The position numbers and the translations under genes were made by a program. From Leucoraja ocellata (taxonomy: Eukaryota), in the NCBI GenBank assembly GCA_036785375.1, contig JAWMAR010000128.1, forward strand, positions 5,766,001-5,830,000: a stretch of DNA of 64,000 nt. Reading direction: 5' to 3'. A model generated the notes under the pieces. The model ran no database searches. It was given only the letters and a program-made list of their open reading frames with translations, and was not told the DNA's origin. Below are positions 23,346 through 35,936 of this stretch, one piece after another (positions within the stretch are counted from its first letter, which is position 1; every line of letters begins with the position of its first letter).

Positions 23346-23351
23346 TTTATT
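23346..23351 (-). promoter_or_regulatory. Polyadenylation signal for the membrane IgW transcript
   Basis: AATAAA on the - strand ~575 nt downstream of the TM2 stop. Confidence 0.55.
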
Positions 23352-23924
23352 TATGTATCTAATTTCAAATGAAAACATGCAGTTCAGCAGAAAAATTAAA
23401 AAATAAGCTGCAGACAATGAGTTAAACAACATCTGCTTTACAAAATCTGATTGAGCAAGTCCCCAAGCATCATCCCCCCCTCGACCACATTGCTTCCTGT
23501 TCCTTCTCCCCTCCCCATGCCCCCTTCTTGCTCCACAATATCAGCGCATCCCTCCCCCCTCCCACACTGCCCTCTTCTCCTTCACTCATCACATTCCCAT
23601 CCCCTGCTCCCCTTTCCCAAACATTAATCCTGCCTTCCTCTCCCACTCCTGAATGCCACCCACTGTAATGTCCTATTCTGTCCCCCCACCCCCTCCCCTC
23701 CCCCCCCCCAACTCCCCCTCCCCCCCACCACCCCCCCTCAGTCCCAACCAGTTTCTTCCCCAGCATCCCCAGTGCATTTCCAAGTTTATCTCCTGTAATT
23801 AGCGTTTGCAGTGCAGTAGCCTCATCTTGCCGAGTGAGTGAGTGAAAGACAGGGAGACTCCATTTGCCAACGTCAGCAGCTGCATGGCGATCTCTTGAGT
23901 GAATGTGGCGTGTGTGTCGGCTGG

Positions 23925-23936
23925 TCATTGCTGCAC
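23925..23936 (-). CDS. IgW: IgW TM2 exon (cytoplasmic tail VQQ*)
   Basis: ctaactttcctgtgtatattacag|GTG CAG CAA TGA. Phase 0 matches the TM1 donor and gives a short K-VQQ tail like other Ig membrane tails. Confidence 0.7.
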   Translation of the reverse strand: MQQ

Positions 23937-24249
23937 CTGTAATATACACAGGAAAGTTAGATATTGTGTGTGGCAAGGTGCAGCACAGATGGTGATCTGC
24001 AGGGACAGGCAAACTAAATCACAGACAGTCTGTCCTGAACCTCGGAGATGGACCCTCATGGACAAGGGGTCTGCACCTTTTCTAGGACCCTCGAGGATTG
24101 GTAGTCTGTGCATGAGTGTGGGAGATGGACCCTCATGGACAGGTGGTCTTTCATTAGTGGCCCAGGTCAACTCAACAGTCTGAATACCAGTTGTGGGCTG
24201 AAGAGAGGTTCTGTACTTGGGCTCAGGTTTCAGATACAGAGTACCCTGT

Positions 24250-24570
24250 TAGTTGTAGTTTAGTGATAGAGCATAGAAACAGGCCCTTCAGCCCATCGAG
24301 ACTGTGCCAACCACCGATCCCCGCACATTAACACTACCCTACACACTAGGGACAATTTTTTACATTTACATCAAGCCAATTAACCTACAAACCTGTACAT
24401 CTTTGGAGTTTGGGAGGAAACCGAAGATGTCGGAGAAAACCCACGCAGGTCATGGGGAGAATGTACAAACTCCGTACAGACAGCACCCGTCTGTGACTTG
24501 ACTTGGATGGAACCCGGGTCTCTGGTGCTGTAAGGCAGCAGCTCTATCGCTGCGCCACCGTGCCGCACAA
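24250..24570 (-). mobile_element. tRNA-derived V-SINE (HE1-like)
   Basis: gcggcacggtggcgcagcg A-box head, the V-domain ggagtttgtacattctccccatgacctgcgtgggtttt, and an (ACTAA)-type tail. Confidence 0.75.
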
Positions 24571-24726
24571 CATTTGACATGAATACAACGTTTGTTTGAT
24601 TTCCTTGTTTGAGCCCAGGGTCATTGCCCCAAATACCCAACGTTCTATGAATGTTTGCTGTATCAAGGCCCAGAGGACAGGAGTAAAGAGGAAAGGTTCA
24701 AAGACCAGGGGGATGTGAAGGGTCCC

Positions 24727-27017
24727 ATAGAAACATAGAAAGTAGGTGCAGGAGGAGGCCGTTCGGCCCTTCGAGCCGGCACCGCTATTCATTGTAATCA
24801 TGGCTGATCATCCCCAATCAATAACCCGTGCCTGCCTTCTCCCCATATCCCTTGATTCCACTAGCCCCTAGAGCTCTATCTAACTCTCTCTTAAATCCAT
24901 CCAGTGACTTGGCCTCCAATGCCCTCTGTGGCAGGGCATTCCACAAATTCACAACTCTCTGGGTGAAAAAGTATTTTCTCACCTCAGTCTTAAATGGCCT
25001 CCCCTTTATTCTAAGACTGTGGCCCCTGGTTCTGGACTCGCCCAACATAAGGAACATTTTTCCTGCATCTAGCTTGTCCAGTCCTGTTATAATTTTATTT
25101 GTTTCTATAAGATCCCCCTCATCCTTCTAAACTCCAGTAAATACAAGCCTAGTCTTTTCAATCTTTCCTCATATGATAGTCCCGCCATCCCAGGGATCAA
25201 TCTCGTGAACCTATGCAGCACTGCCTCAATCACAAGGATGTCCTTCCTCAAATTAGGAGACCAAAACTGTACAGATGTGGTCTCACCAGAGCCCTATACA
25301 ACTGCAGAAGAACCTCTTTACTCATATACTGATATCCTCTTGTTATAAAGACCAACATTCCATTAGCTTTCTTCACTGCCTGCTGTACCTGCATGCCAAC
25401 TTTCAGTGACCGGTGTACAAGGACACCCAGGTCTCGCTGTACTTCCCCGTTACCTAACCTAACCCCATTGAGATAATAATCTGCCCCCTTGTTTTTGCCA
25501 CCAAAGCAGATAACCTCACATTTATCTATATTATACTGCATCTGCCACACATCTGCCCACTCACTCAACCTATCTAGGTTACACTGTAACCTCCTAACAT
25601 CCTCTTCACAGTTCACACTGCCACCCAGCTTTGTGTCATCCGCAAACTTGCTAGTGTTGTTCTTAATTCCCTCTTCCAAATCATTAATATATATGGTAAT
25701 CCTTTTACTGCTATTGAAATGCCCCATTATTACCTCTTTAATAATTGACTCCAGCATCTTTCCCACCACCCAAGTCAGGCTAACTGGTCTGTAATTCCCC
25801 GTTTTCTCTCACACTCCTTTCTTGAAAAGTGGGATAACATTAGCTATCCTCCAATCCACAGGAACTGATCCTGAATCTATTGAACTGGAAAATGATCACC
25901 AATGCATCCAATATTTCTAGAGCCACCTCCCTGAGGACCCTGGGATGCAGTCCATCAGGCCCAGGGGATTTATCATCCTTCAGTCCCATTAGCCTACCCA
26001 ATACTATTTCTCACCTAATGAAAATTTATTTCAGTTCCTCTACCCCCTTAGATCCTCAGTCCTCCAGTACATCTGGGAGATTGTGTTTGTTTCCTTCTGT
26101 TGTCCTATGAAAGTTTCCGAATCCTCTGGCTTCCGGCTACTCTTTGCTGTGTTATACATCTTTTCTTTTAGTTTTATTCTATTCCTAACTTCTCTCGTCA
26201 GCCACGGTTGCCTCCTACTCCCCTTAGAATCTTTCTTCCTTTTTGGAATGAAATGATCCTGCGTCTTCCGGATTATGCCCAGAAATTCCTGCCATTGCTG
26301 TTCCACCGTCATTCCTGCTAGGATCCCTTTCCAGTCTACCTTGGCCAGCTCCTCTCTCATGCCTTCACAGTCCCCTTTGTTCAACTGCATCACTGACACT
26401 TCCGATTTAACCTTCTCCTTATCAAATTGCAGATCTAATCATATTATGATCACTACCTCCAAGCGGTTCCTTTACCTTTAGTTCTCTTATCATCTCTGGT
26501 TCATTGGACAACACTAAATCCAGAATTGCCTTTTCTCTGGTCGGCTCCATTACAAGCTGCTCTAAGAATCCATCTCGGAGGCATTCTACAAACTCTCTTC
26601 CTTGGGGTCCTGAACCAACCTGATTTTCCCAGTCTACCTGCATATTGAAATCCCCCATCACCACAGTGGCATTACCTTTGTTACATGTCAGTTTTAACTC
26701 CTGCTGTAACTTACACCCTACATCCGGGCTACTATTTGGGGTCTGTAGATAACACCAATTAGTGTCTTCTTGCCTTTACAATTCCTCAACGCAATCCAAA
26801 GTGACTCTGCCTCTTCAGTCCCTATGTCTTCCCTTGCAAGGGACTGAATTCCATCCCTCACCAGCAGAGCTACCCCCCCCCCCCCCCCCCCCCCCTCCTC
26901 TGCCCACCTGCCTGTCCTTTCTATGGGATGTATAACGCTGAATATTGTTCCCAGGCCCGATCCTCCTGCAGCCACGTCTCAGTAATCCCGACCATGTCAT
27001 ATCTACCAACCTCTAAC
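24727..27017 (-). mobile_element. Decayed CR1 ORF2 (APE through 3' end) in the TM1-TM2 intron
   Basis: GDFN, LDLVL, SDH, FADD and RPHL motifs in fragmented ORFs, with a tttctatg tail. Confidence 0.88.
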
Positions 27018-27075
27018 TAACTCACAGTGTGGGGGTGGGGGGTCACAAAGTATCTCTATCGTTGGTCATCGTTAC

Positions 27076-27206
27076 CTTGACAACGGTGACGAAGGTACTG
27101 TAGAGGAAACTGATAATGAACAGAGTGGCGAAGACAGCAACTGCGAACACATTTTCATCTCCATCCAAGTCCCCCAGTTCCTCCTTCCCTTCTTCTCCTG
27201 TCAAGT
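27076..27206 (-). CDS. IgW: IgW TM1 exon (acidic spacer plus transmembrane helix)
   Basis: cacag|..DLTGEEGKEELGDLDGDENVFAVAVFATLFIISFLYSTFVTVVK|gtaac, containing the CART-type F..LF..S..YST motif. Confidence 0.9.
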
Positions 27207-28129
27207 CTGTGCCGGCTTCAGGACAAATGAGAAGGTGAGACAGTTAGTTTGCCGCCGATGTTTTGTGAAGATCAACAACGTGTGAATAAAATGAAGACAA
27301 CAGGAGGACAGGAAGACAGGAGGTTCGGGTCAGTTCCACCGTTCAATGATATGTGGAGATCTATCACCAGCTCCACTGAGCTGACTTTTCCCCCACATCC
27401 ATTAACATCTCGTATAGTCAAACTCTGCAATCTCAGATTTAAAATCATCTTCAGACCTGGAACCAAATGCCAACTGTGGAAGGTAATTCCAAACTTCCAT
27501 CAGCCTCTGATAGACACAAAAAGCTGGAGTAACTCAGCAGGACAGGCAGCATCTCTGGAGAGAAGGAATGGGTGAGGTTTTGGGTCAAGACCCTTCCTCA
27601 GAAGCCATGACCCTCTTCCGTGCTGCATGGCTGCCTTTAACTTTTAGACCCTGAACTCGGTATAAAGTTGGATTTCCATAAATCAGGGAGATCATTTGTA
27701 ACCCAGGGAACACTGTACACAAGTAAAAAATAATTCCTCCTATCTAGTTAGTTTAGTTTATTGACACTTGAAAAGCTTTTGTTGCGTGCTAACCAGTCAG
27801 TGGAAAGACAAAACATGATTACAAATAAGTCATTTACAGTGTATACATACATGATACGGGAATAACGTTTAGTGCAAGGTAAAACCAATAAAGTCCGATC
27901 AAAGATAGTCCGAGGGTCTCCAGTGAGGTAGATAGTAGTTCAGGACCACTCTCTGGTTGTGGTAGGATGATTCAGTTGCCTGATAACAGCTGGGAAGACA
28001 CTGTGCCTGAATGCAGAGATGTATAAATAGATCATCCCAGGATAATCTATTCTGTTAGCTCCCATTAACTTTGTGAAAACATCAAACAAATCTTACTTTA
28101 GCCTTCTAAATTACAACCTATTCAGCATC

Positions 28130-28797
28130 ATGAAAGTAAGCATGAAGGTACAGCAGGCAGTGAAGAAAGTGAATGGCATGTTGGCCTTCTTAACAAGAGG
28201 AGTTGAGTATAGGAGCAAAGAGGTCCTTCTGCAGTTGTACAGGGCCCTCGTGAGACCACACCTGGAGTATTGTGTGCACGTTTAGTCCCCTAATTTGAGG
28301 AAGGACATTCTTGAGCCAGCACCGCCATTCAATGTGATCATGGCTGATCATCCCCAATCAGTACCCCGTTCCTGCCTTCTCCCCATATCCCTTGACTCCG
28401 CTATTTTTAAGAGACCTATCTAGCTCTCTCTTGAAAGCATCCAAAGAACCTGCCTCCACCGCCCTCTGAGGCAGAGAATTCCGCAGACTCACCACTTTCT
28501 GCGAGAAAACGTGTTTCCTCATCTCCGTTCTAAACGCCTTATTCTTAAACTGTGGCCCCTGGTTCTGAACTCCCCCAACATCGAGAACATGTTTCCTGCC
28601 TCTAGCGTGTCCAAGCCCTTAACAATCATATGTTTCAATGAGATGCCCTCTCATCCTTCTAAACTCCAGAGTGTACAAGACCAGCTGCTCCATTCTCTCA
28701 GCATATGACAGTCCCGCCATCCCGGGAATTAACCTTGTAAACCTAGGCAGCAATCCCTCAAATAGCAAGAATGTCCTTCCTCAAATTAGGGGACCAA
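28130..28797. mobile_element. Rearranged CR1 fragment (plus part 28130-28312, minus part 28313-28797)
   Basis: QQAVKKVNGML...RPHLEYC on the + strand abuts the reverse-oriented 3' end. Confidence 0.75.
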
Positions 28798-28885
28798 ATT
28801 CTTACCACTTCAACCAGGGTGCAATGCCACCAAATTCAAGTGCAGTTTCATACCATTTCAAGCAAGGCCCCTAAAGACAGCGAGT

Positions 28886-29768
28886 CGTGACCTCTCCCTC
28901 CTCCATCTTGCAGAGACTGAGCCACGCCCACACTTCTGGGTTTTATAGTCCCTCCCCCTACCCACCAGAAGGGTCATTGCCTTCATGGCGTGATTGACAA
29001 GAGAGAGAATCTCAACATTTTTTAAACACTAATAACTCTTCTTTTTTCATCGATGGGAAAAATCCTCGGCACCTGATGAGCGGAGGGAGACGCTGAGTAA
29101 GATGACCAAAAATCGCAGCCGTACGCAGCCGTACGCGGTAGCGTTTTTTCTAAAATCAATATAAAGCGCAAACAGGAAGTGGTCAAGATTAGACTTTTAA
29201 TTATGTAGAAGGCAAGGCAACTTTAATTAGGCAAGGCAACTTTAATTAGGCAAGGCGACTTTAATTAGGCAAGGCAACTTTAATTAGGCAACACAGCTTT
29301 TGCATTTCCAAACCGAAGGCAACACAGCTTTAGCATTTCCAAACCAAAGGCAACACAGCTTTAGCATTTCCAAACTATATTTTCAAACCACATTAAGGGC
29401 CCTGACAGGTCAGTAAAACCACCGTTTAGTAGACATGTGTTCAGTGTTATTCACAGCTCAGACTGAGAGACGTGACCCCCTCGCTCCCCCATCTTGCAGA
29501 GACTGACTGAGGCACTCAACACTTCCGGGTTTTATAGTCCCTCCGAAGGGGTGTGGCCTTCAGGAGGGAGAATCTCAACATTTTTTTAAACACTAATAAC
29601 TCTTTTATTTTTTATCAATGGGGAAAAAACCTCTTGTCCTGCGCAGGGGAAGGGGATTCTGAGTAAGATGGCCAAACATCACAGCTGTTAAGTGGCAGTG
29701 TTTTATTTCTAAAATCAATATACAGAACAACAGGAAGAGGTCAAGATCAGACTTTTAGTAATATAGAT
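28886..29768. repeat. Two ~300-bp direct repeats (28886-29209 and 29471-29768) enclosing 4x19-bp and 3x31-bp tandem arrays
   Basis: Both units share ccatcttgcagagactga...ttttatagtccctcc...gagaatctcaacatttttt...ctaaaatcaatat...gacttttar. Arrays are GGCAAGGCAACTTTAATTA (29211-29286) and GGCAACACAGCTTTAGCATTTCCAAACC(r)AA (29287-29375). Confidence 0.85.
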
Positions 29769-30626
29769 ACACAATAAATAAACAGATAAAGTGCAATAGG
29801 CTGTTATTGTTCAGAGTTTGTTTGATGGCCTGATGGCTGTGGGGAAGTAGCTGTTCCTGAGCCTGGATGTTCCAGATTTCAAGCTCCTGTATCTTCTTCC
29901 CAATGGCAAACGGAGAGATGAGTGTGTGGCCAGGATGGTGTGGATCTTTCATGAAGTTGGCAGCCTTTTTGAGGCAGCGACTGCGTTAGATCCCTTTGAT
30001 GGTGAGGAGGTCAGAGCCGATGTGGTCACAACTTTCTGCATTATTTTCTGCTCCCAGACGTTCAAGTTGCCGAACTAAGCCACGATGCAACCAGTTATGT
30101 TTAACCAAAAAGTTATGTTTGATATGGATTTGGTCTGAAATCCATTTTCATTCTTAGTTGACGCTCTCTCCCTGGCTGAGTAATGTGCGCCGATGTGAAC
30201 CGTGGAACACCAGTCTACACAAGACACTGAATAGCAGTGACTTTCTGGAGAGACATTCCCTTTCCTCAAGAGTAGCAACTGCTCAACTAACTACAACATG
30301 GTCTTGTTACTATCGACACAATATCACAAGAGGAGATAACCACATTTGACAGAGTGCAGGAGATGGTTAGACACACAGATGTACTACCAGGCTCCTTCAC
30401 CCAGAGTAGGGCAATCAAGAACCAGAGGACACAGATTTAAGGTGAGGGGGGACAGATTTAATGGGAATCTGAGGGGCAACGTTTTCACACAGAGGGCACT
30501 GGGTACATGGAATGTGCTGCGGGAGGAAACTATTATTATTTGGACAGGTACATGGATAGGACCAATAGTGAAAGGCCTGGATAGAGCAGCTGTAGAGAGG
30601 ATGATTCCACTCATGGGAGATTCTAG

Positions 30627-31401
30627 AAACATAGAAACATAGAAATTAGGTGCAGGAGTAGGCCATTCGGCCCTTCGAGCCTGTACCGCCATTCAATATG
30701 ATCATGGCTGATCATCCAACTCAGTATCCCGTACCTGCCTTCTCTCCATACCCCCTGATCCCCTTAGCCACAAGGGCCACATCTAACTCCCTCTTAAATA
30801 TAGCCAATGAACTGGCCTCAACTACCCTCTGTGGCAGAGAGTTCCAGAGATTCACCTCTCTCTGTGTGAAAAAAGTTCTTCTCATCTCGGTTTTAAAGGA
30901 TTTCCCCCTTATCCTTAAGCTGTGACCCCTTGTTCTGGACTTCCCTAACATCGGGAACAATCTTCCTGCATCTAGCCTGTCCAACCCCTTAAGAATTTTG
31001 TAAGTTTCTATAAGATCCCCTCTCAATCTTCTAAATTCTAGAGAGTATAAACCAAGTCTATCCAGTCTTTCTTCATAAGACAGTCCTGACATCCCAGGAA
31101 TCAGTCTGGTGAACTGTCTCTGCACTCCCTCTATGGCAATAATGTCCTTCCTCAGATTTGGAGACCAAAACTGTACGCAATACTCCAGGTGTGGTCTCAC
31201 CAAGACCCTGTACAACTGCAGTAGAACCTTTCTGCTCCTATACTCAAATCCTTTTGCAATGAAAGCTAACATACCATTCGCTTTCTTTACTGCCTGCTGC
31301 ACCTGCATGCCTACCTTCAATGACTGGTGTACCATGACACCCAGGTCTCGCTGCATCTCCCCCTTTCCCAATCGGCCACCATTTAGATAATAGTCTGCTT
31401 T
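30627..31401 (-). mobile_element. Young CR1 3' fragment (open frame 30721-31371)
   Basis: Intact ORF2 C-terminus and tandem tttctatg tail. Near-identical copies lie at ~50365-51008 and ~59040-59578. Confidence 0.9.
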
Positions 31402-32447
31402 CTAAATTTATAAATAGATTCTTGATTAGTATTGTACTGTATTCAATTTATTGTCATTATCTCATATTAGAGACAACAAAATGAATTTTCCTTACAATCA
31501 AGTATCATAAAACAGTTAATAAATAAATAAAACATATTAAATTAAAAAAAAGCACAAACACAGAAGTCCACGCACAACATAACCACAACACAACACAGTG
31601 GCACCAAAGTTGAGGAAGGTACCATAGTCCAGCCAGCCTCCCCTCCGATCTTCCCAGATGTTCACCCATGGTCGGGGCCACCCGAGCACCCGCAGTCGCC
31701 GCCACGGGAGGCCCGATGCTCAGGCTCTCACGCCGGGCTGATGGAACACCAACGCCAAACCCTGACGGAGAATTGGTGTCAAGGGGAGAATGGGGTTAGG
31801 AAGGAGAGATAAATCAGCCATGATTCAATGGCGGAGTAGACTTGATGGGCCGAATGGCTTAATTCTGCATCTCTCACTTATGAACATGAGATGATTAGTG
31901 ATTTGGGCCAAACACGGGGAGACGGGACTAGTGTAGATCGGGCACCTTCGTTGGCAAAGGCAAGCTGAGCTGAAGGGCCTGTTACCGTACTGTATAAATC
32001 TATGACTCCATGATCACTCCAATGCCAACACGCTTGTACCCAGCTCCATCCACACAATGGACTTTCTGATGGACCTCTTTTCCTGTGTCGACAAAACAAT
32101 TGTACAAATACAAATACTCGACCCCACTCTTCAAATTAGCAGCAAGACAACTAGTCTGAGATGCCACACACACTGGGCTGACAACAATGAGTGGGCTGAC
32201 CCTGAGACACTAATTTTGAAGAACAGCAGGCTTGGTCTTCTCAGTGTCCTGGCCACTGAGGTGTTTTGAAAGAAACTGAAGTTGTGAAAGCACAGAAATA
32301 TATAGCATTGTGTCCTAGTCTAGGCCTCTTGGTTATCACTCACACACACATACACTGCAACACCTGTCCTTCAGTGTTATACCTGCTTGGCCCTATTTTG
32401 TGACGGGGCAAAAGATGTGATCATTAGAGTGAATCCCAGCACCGTAC

Positions 32448-32765
32448 CTTGAAAGCTTTTCACTTCCCGGCTGATACTGGTGTTCGAGGGGGGATGTGAC
32501 ACTGTACAGCCGAAGACTGAGCCTTTCTTCCAATCCTCTGAACTCACAGTCAGGAAGTGGCTGGCACTGAAAGTCCCCCCTTGCTCCAGAGCAGTCGGTG
32601 TAGCGCTGGTGGTGGAGGAGATCGGGGCTCCGTCTCTCTCCCAAGTGACGTTTATGAGGTTCGGGTAGAAACCAGAGAGCACACACTCGAGGGTGGTTGT
32701 GTGGCTACGCTTGGTCTCTTGATGAGCTGGAGGCAGCAGTCTGACCTTGGGTCTTTTTGTTTCAA
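32448..32765 (-). CDS. IgW: IgW duplicated constant exon C4'
   Basis: ccag|..VETKRPKVRLLPPAH...LECVLSGFYPNLINVTW...WKKGSVFGCTVSH...KSFQ|gtacg. 318 nt, the same length as C4. Confidence 0.9.
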
Positions 32766-32807
32766 CTGGAACAGAGGAGCAAAGTAGATGTGAGACCCGC
32801 TTCCTCA

Positions 32808-33131
32808 AGGGCCTGTCCCACTTACGTGACTTTATCGGCGATTGCCGGTACCCGTCATCGGTCGTTACAGGTCGCCGAAAATTTTCAACATGTTGAAAAT
32901 CCAGCGGCGACCAGAACAAGGCACGACTCTTTGGGCGACTACTCACGACCATACAGGGTTCACCCCGTGACATGTCGCCAGGGTGTCGCCTGTATCGTCG
33001 TGAGTCGTCTCCTCAGTCGCCCAAAGAGTCGTAGCGTCTTTCTGGTCACCGCTGGAGTATTTGCCGACCTAGAATGACCTATGAAGGGCGCCGGCAGTCG
33101 CTGAAACAGTTGCGTAAGTGGGACAGGCCCT
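32808..33131. mobile_element. PIF/Harbinger-type MITE in the C3'-C4' intron
   Basis: TIR AGGGCCTGTCCCACTTACG at both ends and a 3-bp TSD TCA (32805-32807 and 33132-33134). A related copy lies at ~41417-41694. Confidence 0.85.
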
Positions 33132-33178
33132 TCATGGTAACTAATGTTGGCCGTATCATTGCCGTATCTCTCGCCCAC

Positions 33179-33505
33179 CTTTGGTACTTTCTGGCCGTGC
33201 TGACACTGGTGAGGATGATGGAGATCGTTGGGCAGAGCACACAACCTCCACCCCGCTGGTCCACTCCTCCACACTGCTCCGGAGTTTACTGCTCACTCTG
33301 TCTTGGGTCCTTTCCCCTCTCGGTTGGCGGGTCACAGCCCCTGTAGTCCTCTCCCTTCCGCTCACTTGCCAGTAGATTTGGACCTGGCTCAGGTCAGCAC
33401 CCATTACCACGCACACCACAGTAGCGGTCTTGTTGATCCAAATCTCTTCAGTGGAGGGGTTTTGGAGAAAGATGAGAAATAGGAAGCTTTCAAACCGGAC
33501 AAGGT
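33179..33505 (-). CDS. IgW: IgW duplicated constant exon C3' (5' boundary uncertain)
   Basis: Open frame FLQNPSTEEIWINKTATVVCVV...IYWQV...VEEWTSGVEVVCSAQRSPSSSPVS...STK|gtggg. No AG at the position homologous to the C3 acceptor; the nearest upstream phase-1 AG starts the exon at 33505. Confidence 0.75.
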
Positions 33506-35936
33506 CTGGTGTTGTCATCACCGATCAACTGGACTCTGACGACTTGCATTCATTTTCCAGACTCACTTTATTGACGTGTGCACAGGGAACAACCTCTCTT
33601 GACTTGTGCACAAGGAGCGCAGCACCGTCCCACTTACCTGCTGCTCTGAAATTCCACTCAGCATTTATACAGAGTTTGAATTATGCGCACACTCTAACTT
33701 CTTTAATCAAACACAATACATTCTCCACAACACTTATACAGATACAATAACACTAACACAATAAACTCCATGCTGTTCAATTCTTTATTGGTATTCAATT
33801 TTAGTGCAACATAGAAAGCATTTTATCAGGATGCATCACATGGTTTGGGAACAGCTCCATCCAAGAAATGGCAGTGAATTGTGGACGCAGCCCAGATCAT
33901 CACACAAACTAACTTTCCTTCCACTGACTCCATCTACACCTCACGCTGCCTCGGCAAGGCCAGCAGCATCATCAAGGACCAGTCACACCTCGGCCACTCC
34001 CTCTTCTCCCCTCTCCCATCAGGCAAAAGGTATAGAAGTGTGACAACGCACACCTCCAGATTCAGGGACAGTTTCTTCCCAGGTGTTATCAAGCAACTGA
34101 ACCATCCCCTCACCAACTAGAGCGCAGTCCTGAACTATTATCGACCTCACTGGAGACCCTCAGACTATGTTTAAGCGGACATTACCTTGCACAAAACGTT
34201 ATTCCCTTTATCATGTGCCTGTATACTGTGGATGGCTTGACTGTAATTATATAGTCTCTCCGCTGATGTTAGCACGCAACAAAAAAGCATTTTCTCTGTG
34301 CCTCGGTCTACGTGACAATAAACTAAACAACCCTCGGCCCACACAATGGGCATTGCATCCCCCACCCTAGACCATTACTCCTTTCACCATCGATACTTCA
34401 CGCTGCCTCAGGAAAGCAGCCAACATCATCGAGGAACCCTCACATCCCAGTCATTGTCTCTTCTCCCCTCTCCAGAAAGATACAAGAAGCTTGAAAGCAC
34501 GTAGCAGCTGATTCAAGAACAGATTTACTTTAAGCACCGACAGGCAGATGTTTAATTGTAACATTGGAATACAAGAGTTACCAATGATGAGTTGTCTCTT
34601 TTATTCATCATCTGTGCACACACACTGAGGACAGCGACTCCTCAAACATCCATCCCCCTTGTTAGACACAGTGTCATGTGTGGCTCAGTGGTGAGCAATG
34701 TCACCTCATGAAAGCTGCTGTCTTTGGGATGAGGCTTTAAGGAGGTGCTTCTCAGGTAGATGTCAGCAATGCCACGACATGACCACAAGAGTTCTGCTCA
34801 GAGTCCTGAGCTAATATTTATCCTGAAACCAAACAGCTAAACACAGATGGGCTGTGGGAGAGCTGGGGAGGGGCGGGGAAAGAGGGAGAAAGCAAGGACT
34901 ACCTGACGCAGGAGATCTGGCCAGATTTGGTTTGCCATGTGGGAGCTTGCATCAGGTACATTGTCACAGCTGGGCTGGGAAAGACCATGGTCCAATCAGT
35001 TCACCTTGTGTCACTGACAGTCACATGGCACAGTGATAATGGAGTTAATGACCAATGACCACAATCAATCTCTGTCTTCAACTGGACCAGGCGTGGGTGT
35101 GAGAACACCCAATGGCGGAAGGTTTTGGACACATTGATCCAGCAACATCTATTTCTCCCAGAATGTGCTTCTGCTAGAATGTGCACACCTCACATCCCAA
35201 CTTACTCATGTACTGCCGCCCAAAACATTATCTTGTTGAACAAAACATCATCTTATTGAAACATATAAGATCATTAAGGATTTGGACACGCTAGAGGCAG
35301 GAAACATGTTCCCGATGGTGGGGGAGTCCAGCACACAGTTTAAGAATAAGGGGTAAGCGTTTAGAACGGAGACGAGGAAACACTTTTTCTCACAGAGAGT
35401 TGTGTGTCTGTGGAATTCTCTGCCTCAGAGGGCGGTGGAGGCCAGTTCTCTGGATACTTTCAAGAGAGAGCTAGATAGGGCTCGTAACGATAGCGGAGTC
35501 AGGGGATATGGGGAGAAGGCAGGAACGGGGTACTGATTGGGGATGATCAGCCATTGAATGGCAGTGCTGGCTCGAAGGGTCGAATGGCCTACTCCTGCAC
35601 CTATTGTCTATTGTCAAAACACACCAGTCAAGGACACGCACACAAAACCTGTTTCACATCATATTTATTGAACTTGTATTGGTACATTGACACATACATA
35701 GATTTAATACCTCGTGTGATCTCATACAGGGTTGAAATCTGATCAAACATGGCAGTAAATGTTCTGTAAATGTATCCAGAAGCTCAGACATTTGTGGTGA
35801 ATCATGGTTGTGGCTTAATTTGTATCTCGTGTGGAATTTTGTTTTTAATGATTTACAAAGGAGCTAACCCATCATCCTCTGGGTCAGTTAATAAATCCAG
35901 AAATGAACAAAACAAATGTTTGAGAAATTAATCATG

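Noticed and set aside
29211-29375. Short tandem arrays that could be mistaken for a CRISPR array
   Set aside because: Head-to-tail units with no unique spacers, in vertebrate DNA with no cas genes.
33638-33645. Possible 8-nt micro-exon (tttcag|AGCAGCAG|gtaagt, - strand) upstream of C3'
   Set aside because: The splice-like flanks are good, but 8 nt breaks the phase-1 pattern and no convincing phase-0 acceptor restores a full domain. Unsupported without reads.
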